NCBI GenBank assembly: GCA_028713415.1
Contig: JAQTOI010000003.1
Location: 1 to 60,962 of the forward strand
Reading direction: 5' to 3'
DNA length: 60,962 nucleotides
DNA from: Candidatus Omnitrophota bacterium
GTDB lineage: Bacteria; Omnitrophota; Gorgyraeia; Duberdicusellales; 4484-171
The position numbers and the translations under genes are program-made. This document shows positions 1 to 12,100 of this stretch, one piece after another (position 1 is the stretch's first letter; every line of letters begins with the position of its first letter). The notes beneath the pieces were generated by a model. It made no database searches, was not told where the DNA came from, and was given only the letters and a program-made list of their open reading frames with translations.

Positions 1-140
1 ATAAGTATCCAGGCGCAGATGAGAGAATCGAAATAAAAGAAAAATCAAGCTCTCCTGTTTCCTCAAACTATCTGCCTTCGTACAGCCCGCTTATATTTTC
101 TGGAATAAACTTAAACGACATTCTATCTGGCACGGGAGCG

Positions 141-3100
141 TTGGCCGTAATAGCATTTCTAGGCTGGATAATAACCAAAAAGGCATATAGGTCTATCGCG
201 CAGGCGCGTAAATTCAAAACTCTGGTTAAGTCCATAGAACAAGGACCATCTTCGGCAGCCTATCAGAGAGAGTTGATACGATTGTTCCAATATTCCCTGA
301 GCCCCAAAGAAAGAAACCACGCAGAAGCGATGCGCATGTTTAAATACTTAGGCGAGTTATTAGAGAGCCAAGGCGCCAACTCTAAAACAGCGCAGTTTGT
401 ATTAGACTATTTTCTGTTCTATGGAAGGTTTGTTTCAATAAAGGCGTTCCATTTTACCAGCTGGCTGCTTAAAGCAATCAGTTATGATCTTAGAGCAGGA
501 ACAGATGTGCATGTCTTTTTCATATATCCAAGGAGCTGGGTGCTGCACCAGTTCATGTTAGCGGAAGCGCGGAAAATCAAAGAAACTTTAGAACGTAACG
601 GTAAACGCCGCGCAGCAAGATCTTATGATTTGGAGCACCGTGTGCATAAGCTTTATTTTACCAATGATATGGCCGCCTTAAATGCTTACCCTGAACATGG
701 AATAGAGCGTTTCAGCTACCAAGCGCAGTTAGCGTACCTATTTACTCAAGGTGTTTTTGGACACAAGAAAGTTATTTTTGTTGATGTTACTTCAAAGGAC
801 AGCCCTATACGTTATATCTCAAGGCTTATAACTGATAAAGAGTTAGTATCTCTGTTGTCTGGCGCGCAGCCGCCTTTTATTAATATTTCGCCGATTGAGA
901 AAGAAAGCGTTTCTCTACGCGTGTTGGTAAATCAAGGTAGTCCCGATTCCGCTCCGGACTTTGATTACTATATGCGCGGCGATAAAGAAAGCCGCCTGGC
1001 TGCGCAGGGGCGTTCCATTGCCGTGCTCTTAGGAGAAATCTTAGAGCCGCAGATGAGGCTTGAATTCGACCCAATAGAATTTGTCGGTGCCCAGGGCAGG
1101 TGGCAAGAAGGGCTTAAAGTGGTTCAGTCACCGCTTCATCGCTTAGCGGCTTTAAGCACTACCTTCGTTAACAGGGCAGTTCGCGAAAATATTCGAAATC
1201 TTCTTAAGATATCGTCTAGCCCTCTGAATACTCGCGCGGCAGCTATTTCTACGACGGCAGGGCAAAATAGCGTCCATCAGTTGTTGCGCCGCAGAGCAGA
1301 AAAGTTCCCCGATGCCTCATCATCTCCGTTAAATGATTTCTCAAATTCTATATCAGGTATTAATTTATTAGGCCTATATCCCGACATAGAAGGAGGCAAT
1401 ATCAATAAGCCTCACGTGGAAAGGGTCCATGCGTATGGGACACGCCTGTTGCTTGCCATGGATGTGCCGCAAGCTTTGCTGGATGCCTTTGGCCCCGCAG
1501 CCATCGGCCATGATCTTGGCGGCCTGCAGACATTTTCTATAGAACAGGTGGGCGAGGTTATAAAAAGGAATATCGCGCTGGTGGAAGAAGTGACAGGTTT
1601 GCCGATTGGCCAGATTCGCGCTGAATCTGCACGTAGATTCCCTAAAGATGGTTTATATTTCAAAAGGGTAGCTCATGACGCGGCAGGAAAAGTTTTTCTG
1701 GCACCTGCGCTTAAAGCGAGGCTTCCGGAAAGCCTGAAACAAGAAGAATTAGAAAACCAGCTTTATTCTGAAACCAGCCATGAAATATGCGGAGTATACC
1801 GCTTACGTGAACAAGAGGCCCCGGTAACGGCAGCTCAGGAATTCATTATTGCTCATCACTTTTTCTATCCCGAAAACTTTGAAGGCATGGATAAATTGGC
1901 CGCAACCAGTGGCCTTTCGGTTGCCGGAGTAAAGTTAGTACTGGATACTTTGATTTTTAGTGATGTTTTTGAGAACGGAAACAATGCCGATAGGCTGCGT
2001 ATTTTAAGAAGAAGCCCTAAAAATCCGGAAGGAATAAGATACCAGCCTTTACAAAGGACATTTGAGTTATTTGATCAGTTTTATGGCGATAAAGGCTTAA
2101 GCAGCTTGCCCAAACAGACCATGCTTGAAATATTAGCCGGATGGCATGGTGCTGCCCTTCGCGATGAAGTAATAGAAATTATTAAAGAGGGACGTCCGGA
2201 TACATCATCTGATGCTTTCCGGGAAGAAGAACTTGATTGGGTGCGGCAGCAATTAAGAAATTACGCATCCAGTCCTCTTGTTGATAACAGGAACGAGTAT
2301 CCTAGCGCTTTAGAAAACGCGACTATATTTTGCCGCGATTCAAAACACCTCATCGAAGGCTTACCTGATCCTTTTGGCCAGGGTGAGATTGTATATCCGG
2401 GATTTAGCAATTGGCTGCATGAGGTGCTTGAGGTAACATTTGCGGAGAAACTCTTGCAGTATAACCAGGGAGAACAAAATTTATTAACTATTAACGCGTT
2501 TCAGCAGTTAATGAATTATAGATATACTCATTGGATGGCGCTTATGGAAGCGCTCCAGAATGCCGAAAAATTCGGCTTAAGTAAATATGAAATATACGAA
2601 AATGCTTATCACTTTTTGCTAAGTGGTTTAACAATTTATTACCTTAGTCAAAAAGGAGGCCGCGGCAAGAGAAAAGGGAAAATGTTTGAGGCCATGGTTG
2701 ATGATGAGAGCAGATACTTCGTGCAAGAACAGGATAGAGGAGATCTTAAGCCAAGAGTTTTAGAAATTTTCCAAAGGCGCTTGCTTCCGGATCACAGAGA
2801 GGCTTTTGCTGAAGTCGAGCAATTTATGCAGCGCGCAAGCGTTTCAGTTGTTGGGGGTTCGTTGCCGGGTATGGAGAGGCAGGCTTCCATAGCAAGTAAA
2901 GAAATTATGAGTATGAGCCTCATTACTGGTTTGCATATGAGGATGAAGGAGAGAACCGTTACAAAGCAGAATTTTCCGGATGATAAACACGCATCTCAAG
3001 CCACAGGATCTAGCCGGAAAAAAGCGCAAAGCGCCAAGGCGCAAAATCAGCCGATGCTAAAGGAACCGAGGCATCCCGTTTTAGAGATTCTTAGAAAATT

Positions 3101-6100
3101 GCCTTTTAGCGAAAGCATGGGTATTCCATGGCGGCAATTTTATCTTAATATGCAGGCATTCGAAAGGTTATTTTGTTTAAAAACGGATACACTCTATGAT
3201 CTTATCGGAAAGATCATAGCTGGTTTTAATACAGGCATAGAAGAGACTCATCACGGCCTGGTTCAAGCGGAAATGAGTCAGATCATTGGGATGGTAGAAG
3301 ATTTCTTTAGAATAAAGAAGGCTTTAAAGTCTGCGAGGTTTTTCAATTACGGCCGCGATTCCGGAAGAGGCACAAGCCTTGTGTTTGCGCCCGCGAAAAT
3401 TTCCGCTTCGAAGCTGATTTCTTCCCCGCTTTCAGCTGATACATTGGTAGAATTCACCAGAGAACAAATAGGTATCTATTCCGGGCTTTTCCATTTGCCT
3501 TGGCAGGAATATAACCCGGTTTATCTCCCTGTACAGCCTAGCGCTGAATCTAACGGTAAACAAAGCATTATCAGTCCGCTTGCGATTAAAGAAGGCATGG
3601 CTCTATTGGCTCTTGACCAGAGGCAGCCGGTCATCAATCCTTTAGTTATCGCTGGTGACTACTTTGAAGCAACTCGGCTTGATCCAAGAAAAGTCATAGC
3701 GGCAATATTGCCTCATGAAATCGGGCACAGCATATTATGGACATTAGGCAGGTCAATAGAAGGCTTGGGGACAATTTGGGATATAGTATCTGCCGAGTTA
3801 GATCTGCCCGAATTGTTACCGCCGGAGCAGCAAGCATTCAGCGGTCTGGGATTGAGCGTTATTTTCGGTGCAAGAATCTTGCGCCCAAGTTATGAAATAA
3901 TAAGGATACAAGATGTTAATATTTTGTATTATCACATTCGTGAAACTATTTGTAACGCAATAGGATTGCAGCTAATACCCAGTCACATTTTTAAAGCAAA
4001 GGATGCCCATCCGGATTATTCTAATCACGACACTTTATACGCGTATGCGCTTGAATACTACGGAGAACTTTTAGAAAAGATAATCGCTGTAGCTGATAAT
4101 TTAAGCCTTACTTCGGACGCCGCAGAGGCCGTTCCGACGTTAGCAAATGCCTATAACCCTTTTGAGGATGTTATTCTTGAAGACGGTTCAGCTCTTTGGT
4201 CAAAGTATTACTACCTTAGATTAGCCGTTATGGAAGCTTTCTTTAAAGACGCGCAATCGCTTGAAGGTCTTAATCCCGCACTTCTTAAAGAAATCGGAGA
4301 GTTAATCCGCGGCATAGGGGCCGCTATCGACAGGCTGATAGCAGCGTGGCCTAATGCGCAGGCGCGAAGAGAGAAAAAACTTTATAATGATCTAGTAGCG
4401 GCATTTTCCGAAACTCACGCGAACGCGCGTAAAATTGTTCTCATTCAGCCCCGCGATAAACGTCTTAGTGCTTTTTCGGATAAAAGAGTTTCAAGCCCGC
4501 TCTCAAATGGCGAAGCAATAGCCTTCAATAACCCGACAAATAGTTCAAACCCAACGCGCGGGCCTCCGGCGGATAAGGCTCACGAATTATCCTCTTCAAA
4601 TTCTTCAGAGGAATTAACCTCTAGCCCCGTACAAAACGGCCTGGTTTATAATCCGGGTTTAGCGACGATAGGGGGCCTGGCTAAGGTCACCTGCGGCTTG
4701 GCGATATCTTTAGCTAAGGCCGGCTACAGAGTCATTATTTTTACTCCCGGATATAGCCATCCAAAATATAACTACGGCCAGGTGCCTTCAACGCTTATCA
4801 GCGATACCAGAGATGTTAGTGTAAGCTTAGGAAGCAAACAGGAGAGGCTCACCATAAAAAAATTAGATTTAGGCCTTATTAGCATAGTTACGCTCACCCA
4901 TCCTGTCATTTTTGAACGGCCCTATGTTGACGCATTAAGAACTGAACAAGCAGTGTTATTTTCAAAGGGTTCACTGGATGTTATGACACAGCTAGGCTTG
5001 GTGCCGGAAATAATTCACGCCCACGACTGGATGGCCGGTCTGGTGCCCGCATATTTAACCGATACTCCCAGATACCAAGAATATTTTACAAACGCCGCTT
5101 CGTTATTTACTATTCATAATGCCTTGCACCAAGGATGGGTCGGCATGGATAATGCTACAAGAATCAGTGTTTCGCGGAACATAATAGAATTTAAAGATTC
5201 CGTCAATCTGATGAAAGCAGGCATAGTTACTGCTGACGCTGTAAGCACTGTCAGCCCTCGCTATGCCCAGGAGATACAGACTTCTGATTACGGTTGCGGC
5301 TTAGAAGCATTTTTAAAAACCAGAGGGGTTGTCGGAATTAATAATGGCCTCTGCTTAGATTGTAACCCAAAGACCGCGGATATCGCGGCCAATTTCAGCG
5401 TTGACGACGGAATTGAGGCTGTATTGCCTGCGAAGTTAGAAAACATGCAGGCCATTCAGGAAAGATTTGGGTTAACAAAAGATAGAAATAAGTTTCTCGT
5501 CGTCTTGGCAGCACGCCTGGATAGGCAAAAAGCAATAGAACTTCTGGTTGAAGTTATCCCCGCGGTATTAGGCAAATACACAGACGCGCAATTCGTCATA
5601 GACGGCCCGCAGTTCGCTGATCCGGCCATAGCCCAATTGCATACAATAGCGCAGAGGCAGGATTTTCAGGGAAGATTTGCGTTCCGGCCGGAGCAGGAAT
5701 CCAATAATTACAGCGTCCTTGCGGGAGGAACGCTAAACTTAGCATGGAACGCGTGGGCGCCATTTGATTTAGTCGCGCGTGAAGCTTCGCTTTTGGGAAC
5801 TCCTTCAGCGCTTAGGCTCACAGGAGGTTTAGCTGAGTTTGTTCCCTATGACGAACAAACAGGCGAGGGTGAAGCCTTTGCCTCCGATGAGTATAGCGCA
5901 AAAGCACTTCTTGAGGCAATTGAACTTGCGAGAGATACCTATTACAACCGGCCTTCACACTGGAAACTAATAGTCGAGCGCGGCATGCGTAAAGATTTTA
6001 CCTGGAAAGAATCGACATGCCGATATGTAGAGCTTTTTACGCGGATGCAAAGAACTAAATTCGGCAGAGCTCTACCCATAAACGGCCTGATAACGATAGT

Positions 6101-9100
6101 TACTCCAGAAGCCTATCCTAATGTCCTGCAAATGGCGCTCGTTCGTTCCAGTTCCCCCTCATCAGCGGTTTTTGATTTGGCGACTGTCAGAAAAATTCTA
6201 GTGTATACGCAACCTGTGCTTCGAATCCAGGTGGTTAGCATCGAAGAAAAAGGTAAAACCATCAAAGCCGCAGTGCTTATTTCTAAAGACAACACCAGCG
6301 ACAGGCTCGTTTTTATATCTTCCAAAGACCGAGAGTTGGAAGTTGATAGAGATATGGGTGTTTGGCTGTATCTTACATTGGGTGCGTCTCAGGCAGTTTG
6401 TGTGCAGCCAGGCGCCTCAAACCGCATGGTAAAAAGAAGGCCGATTTTGTTACGAGTGGCCGCGCCTACTCAAATTGAAATAAAAGAAGAAGACGTTCTT
6501 CTGCAAAGTATTCCACAGAGCGGAGGCGTAATTGTTGCGCGGAACAAAACCAATCTTGGCCCAATAAATATAGAAAGGCGGCAATTTAATGTGGGCAATC
6601 GTACCTTTGAGGTTACGGGCATCTCAGAGGAGCCTTACTTGCTTTTTGTTGCTGATGAGGCTGGAAGGCTTCTGATGCTTGCCCCCCATGACATACGGCA
6701 AGCTAAAGAAGGAATATGGTTTGAATTTATCGGCTCAAGCAGCGGCCGGAAGACGGATAATCCCAGAGTGCAGATTTTTGCTCCAGGCCTTGATATCAGG
6801 CGTCCGGATATGAAAAAAGCCGGCCTAGGAGAGTCAAGTTCTGCTGTGATTGCTACGTATAGCGTTGATTTATTTCGGTTGCGGCAGCTTAACGGCCAAA
6901 GTACCTCTTCCGTGGCTGGTGGAAACTTTGGTTCTGCCGCAGCCGTTTCTTTTAATAAAAATCGTTTGGTTTCCCTCAACGCTTTAAGCTCGCCTGTTTC
7001 GCCGGATGCGAGTCAAGGCGGGCCTAGCGCAGCTACTATCCAAGCTACAAGCCGCAAGCTACAAGCCGCAGGCAGGGCAAATGGTATAAATAATATTAGC
7101 CCCGCACTTTCTACAAGAATAAATATCGAAGTAGCAGAAAGTGCGGGACAATTCGCAGACGGCTTACGCCTACGATTTACGTTCGCACGCCTGCGCAGCA
7201 GGCAGGCTGCCGTAAATCGTCTGCTCATTGGAGGTGTATCATGGTCCGTGGTTTTGAAAACCTTGAGATTATCAATTTCACTCATACCAACAGAGGCATT
7301 TTTATTTGGGCAACATATCCGGGATGGGCTTCAAAATACATTTTCTTTCTCCAGGGTAACGGGAACCTTAGAGGCAAAAACAGCGGCGGCGCATGGGGAG
7401 AGGTTTCAAGCACTGCCAGTAAAATTATCAGAGAGAAACTTTGCTCAACTATTTCAGACAGATTCCGGATATCATAATACAGATTTAGGCTTGGCTTCTT
7501 CTCCGGATGTTGCAAACGAAGAAAAAATCGAAAGCATCCTCGCGGAATATCTTCTTACCCCGGGTTTTTGGCCCGATCAGCAGAGAGTATTGGATCGATT
7601 AGAAAAAGAGGGGATTAATCCAGACTATTATGTACCCTTTTTGTCTAACATGGTGGAAAGCAGGAAAGAGGAAGCTGCCCAAGTTAAAGACGATATACCG
7701 CGTGAAAAATTTAGCGGAGAAACTGACAAGTTAGATAATTTAAATAGGCTTGCGGTATTTTACTACATACTTACCCTATTTGAAAATTCCGTCATTTCCG
7801 GGATATTATGGCGTTGGGCAACTTTTGCTTATATGGGCCCTGAAGAAATCTCCAGCCATAATATATTCTTGAGAACTTTGATGCAGGGATTAGAGACCGC
7901 CATAAAAACAGATCATTATCACGGAGATACTCAATATGCCGAAGGTTTCGCCTGGTATATTTATCATTTCTTAAGAGATTTCCCAAGCTGCTACATTGCT
8001 GAGTTTTTTGACTATTTAGTTGACCGTCACCCCGCTCATCACAATAGCCAGGCTCCGGCTGTCGCAGGCCAGGTTATTATGACTGATGAAGAACGCCGGA
8101 GCCTTAAGCAGGCTTTTAGAACTTCACGCGAAGCGGAAAGGGAATTTGAGGATGATAAATCTACAATTGATGCGGTTATTGAAATATGTTTAGGCGACCA
8201 TGTTGATGAGTCGCTTGACGTGCAGGAAGCAGCCAGAAAATTACGCGCGAGCGGTATTCCCCTTCAGGCAATAATCAGATGTTTACAGATGAGGCTTGGC
8301 ACAGGCCAAAAAATACCGCAATCAATGAACAGGCTTATGGCTTTGCTTCATCACGGGCCCGGCCAGGGCGCAAAAGCTCCTTCTGTCGTAAATGCAAATG
8401 ATTGCGGATTGGGAAGAACGCATCCTACTACGCCAAGGCTTCGTAGGACAAGGATGATCGCAGATGGCAAGACCGCGGCTGAACGCGGGGTAAAAACAGG
8501 CTCATCGCCTTTGGATGGAAAAGGTTCTTTGGGTGGGTTACGCGAGGTGATACATATAGTCAGGGCCTTAAACGTCTCGCTTAAAACTTCAAGAGACTGG
8601 AGGGCTCAACGAAAACAGATTCAAAAGCTGGGTAAATTAGCCGTCCCCTTTGCCGTCACAGCCTTAGTCCCCATACTTGAAAATCAGGATTTAGAGATAT
8701 TGCATCGCGATGTGGTAGAGGCAATAGGCAGGTTTGACGGAAATAATTTGAATAGAACCCGTTATGCTCAAGCCGCCCTCGCATTACATACGCTTATCTG
8801 GCGCAGGACTTATTTCGGCCTTCTTGAAATGGATGCGCTTGCCAAAGACGCTTTTGAAATTTTATGTAAACAGATAGCGCTTGCTATACCCGATATCCTG
8901 GACATAAGCCTTTATGTTCTGGAAAAGATTAATATTGTTTTTTACATGGCGAATGAAGCTGAATGCCGCTACTGCATGCAATATATGCTTGATGCGGCAA
9001 AGCTCGCGCTCGAAAGAAAAAAGTTTCGTGAGGTGCCGCTGCTTGTGACGGAAGTGAGACAAAAAGTCTGCGAACTTAAGGGTTATTTAGCGCGTACCGA

Positions 9101-12100
9101 GATAGTGCGGGATGGCCATTATATAGAACACTTAGATGAGTTGATTGTTAAAGCGGATGATATACTCGCGCGATTAAATGATTTTTCTCATTCATCCGCG
9201 CAAGCCGGTTCACCTGCCATAAGCGTTTTAAATCCATTCCGGTCAGTATTATTTTTTACTCCAAGTGTAAGCGCTTCCATTGCTGGGAATACGGATACAC
9301 ACGGATTGAGAGGAACGCATCCTACTACGCCAAGGCTTCGCAGGACAAGGATGATCGCAGATGGAGGAAACACGGATGTAGAGGGATTAAAAAGAGGGTC
9401 GTCGCCGCTAGATTCACATTCTCGCGCGCTTGCTGTAAGGAATAGCCACCTTACTGATTTAGCAGGTAATTTTATGTTACACGCTTCCTCATCTGTGCCT
9501 GCTGATAATAATTGGGAAAAAATAGTTGATATTACTTTCCAGAAAAAAATTGCTGCTAATTATATTTGGCCGCGGCCTGATTCGGTTCCAATAGAGGAAG
9601 TATCGAATGCTATTAGCGGAAGCATTGGAACGGAGATGGAAGGCGAATTCCCGAGTGCTTTAGTATATCCCGCGGTCGATATCTTACTCGGCGACTTAAT
9701 TCCTAACTCTGTTGATGCTGCTTTTGAGGCGGTTGATGAAGGCCAACTCGCAAAGGATAAAGCAATGGTAAGGTTTATTCTTCTGGGCAATAAAGATAGA
9801 CACGTATTTAGAGCAGAATTATCGGATAACGGTATAGGTGTGCCGGCTTATATTTTTCAAAAATGGCCGCATTTAGAAGGACTACATTTAAGTGCAGCTT
9901 TAGGAGGAATAGTTTTAAGACAATTAACTACTAAACGCGGTAATAATCTTGGCCGATATGCGGGAAGACGTGGCCAGGGGGTAGTTAAAGTTTTAGCCAC
10001 GGCAAAAGATTACGGCCTTGCGATATCTATTGGATCTAAACGCCGGGGTGAAACGGCGTATATTTTCAGGCAATTGTCGGATGGAACAAGAAGCCTCATT
10101 CATTCTGATTTTAAACACGCGGGGACGAGGATTGTTATAGATAACATTATTCCCGAACGGGAAGTTCGTTTGGGTGCTAGCGAAATAATCGAGGCAATTC
10201 GGGCTACGGATCGTGATTATGGAAGCAGCCCGATAGTCGGAAGCACACAAATATTGATAAAAAATTTAGAGTATGGCATTGCTTTGACACCAAATTTAAA
10301 TCCCTGGAATATTGCCAACCAGGTTTATCATTTAAATATAGATGGTAGAAGCGTGGAAATCTCCAATTTCAAATATGTAAAGATAAAAATCGCGGATAAG
10401 GTTATTTATCTCGGCACACACCACAACGGCGCTTACTTCTTTACCTTGTTGTCTTTTAAGGAGGGTTTATTAAGCGGCAAAGAAACTTTTGCCCACATAG
10501 ACCAGCTTCATCATCCGGATAACGGGAAATTACAGGTTGTTCTGCCGTCACCGGATGAGGATACGAGTGCGCATCTTAGATGCCTAAGCACCCAATATCA
10601 TGCGGCTCAAGCGACTAACCGGCAAGCGGTTACCAGGACAAATTATGTAACCGCGTTAAAAAGTTTATTTCCCCAAATGCGATTTGTATTCTTGAGGGAT
10701 ACGGATAGGCCTTCTTTTGACTGGGGCGACATGAGCTTCGACTGGAGCGGTTCCGTATTTGACTTTAGACAATCGATAGAAGGAGGAATAGCGAGCGTGG
10801 ATTTAGATATAGTAGCTAAAAACCTTGACCGCGCAGATGCGCTTAGCGCATTACTAAACTGCATCGTAAAGATAGCAAGCCAGTGCAAACTTGTAATGAT
10901 TTTTACTTCCCCTGATTATTTAGCTCCTGCAGTCGCTACAGAAGCCGCAGAAATATTTGCCAGCGATCTTTTGCATGCGATTGAGGGTAATGCGAAAGGA
11001 TCTTTTGTGATTAACGCAAGAGAAGGAAGTTCGCCGGCAGCTATGCTAAACCGGCATTTTCTGGAACAGATGTCCGCTCCTCTAGCTGTATACGTTGAAA
11101 CTGAAAATAGGATAGCTACTGGTTATCCTTCTATCTGGGAGCATCTTATGCGCCAAAGTGACCAGCATTTGGCCGGCAGGATATTAGTATTGTTCCAATG
11201 GCGCAAGCAGCAAGGTTTTAAAGTCTTACCGCGCCTTGATTTATTAGTGCGGCAACTTTTGCCTCAAGATTTAAGTAACCTTTCAGAAAGTGACCAGATA
11301 AGTTGGGTTTTGAAATACAAGATACAGGAATTTATGGAATTATTCGGAATATTTACTTCTGATGTGGAAAGAGGCAGCACCGCGCAAATAGAAAATACCG
11401 GGCTTCGCGGTATGTCGGAAAATGCTGCCCAACAGATATATAGTGAATACAAGCAGGATGTTAGCGAGTTTATTTTAAATGTTTTGAAAATAGCAAGAGA
11501 CGTGGTTTTATTCCTGCGAAAAGCCCCCTTTATTGTTGAAATAGGCTGCTCAACCGGACGCAGCGCACACCTATATATACCCGATGCAAAAGGGATATAT
11601 CCCGGCCTTCGTTATGTCGGGACCGACATATTCAGGCCTAAGAATCTTGTTCTCGGAAAAGAAGAGTTTATTTTACATGATATACTGAAAAGCCCTCTTC
11701 CTTTTGGAGAAAAGCCGGATATTATCGTATTTACTAACGTGGACATGCATCTTTCACCTAGACACCATTATTCCCAAGATGGTTTTGACAGCGGGAGATT
11801 ACGCGCCTGGCGTAATATTCTGCAAAGCACCAAAGAAGGAACGCTTATCCTGGCAGGCAGTGCCAATTTTGCAGAACATAGGTATATAACAAGAAAGAAT
11901 AGAATCGTTAGAATTCAAACTCCAAGGGAAGCTATTGCGGTTATAGCAGAAATTAAAGGCACCTCTTCTTCTCCCGCGAAAGATATAGGATGGTCTTCTT
12001 ATGTTGATGCGCGTGAGTATTTTAATTTCGGTAGTGGAGAAGAAGGCTCTTCGCCTTCCGCGGCATCTTCACGTGCACTGGCGGCGTTTAACGTACAAGG

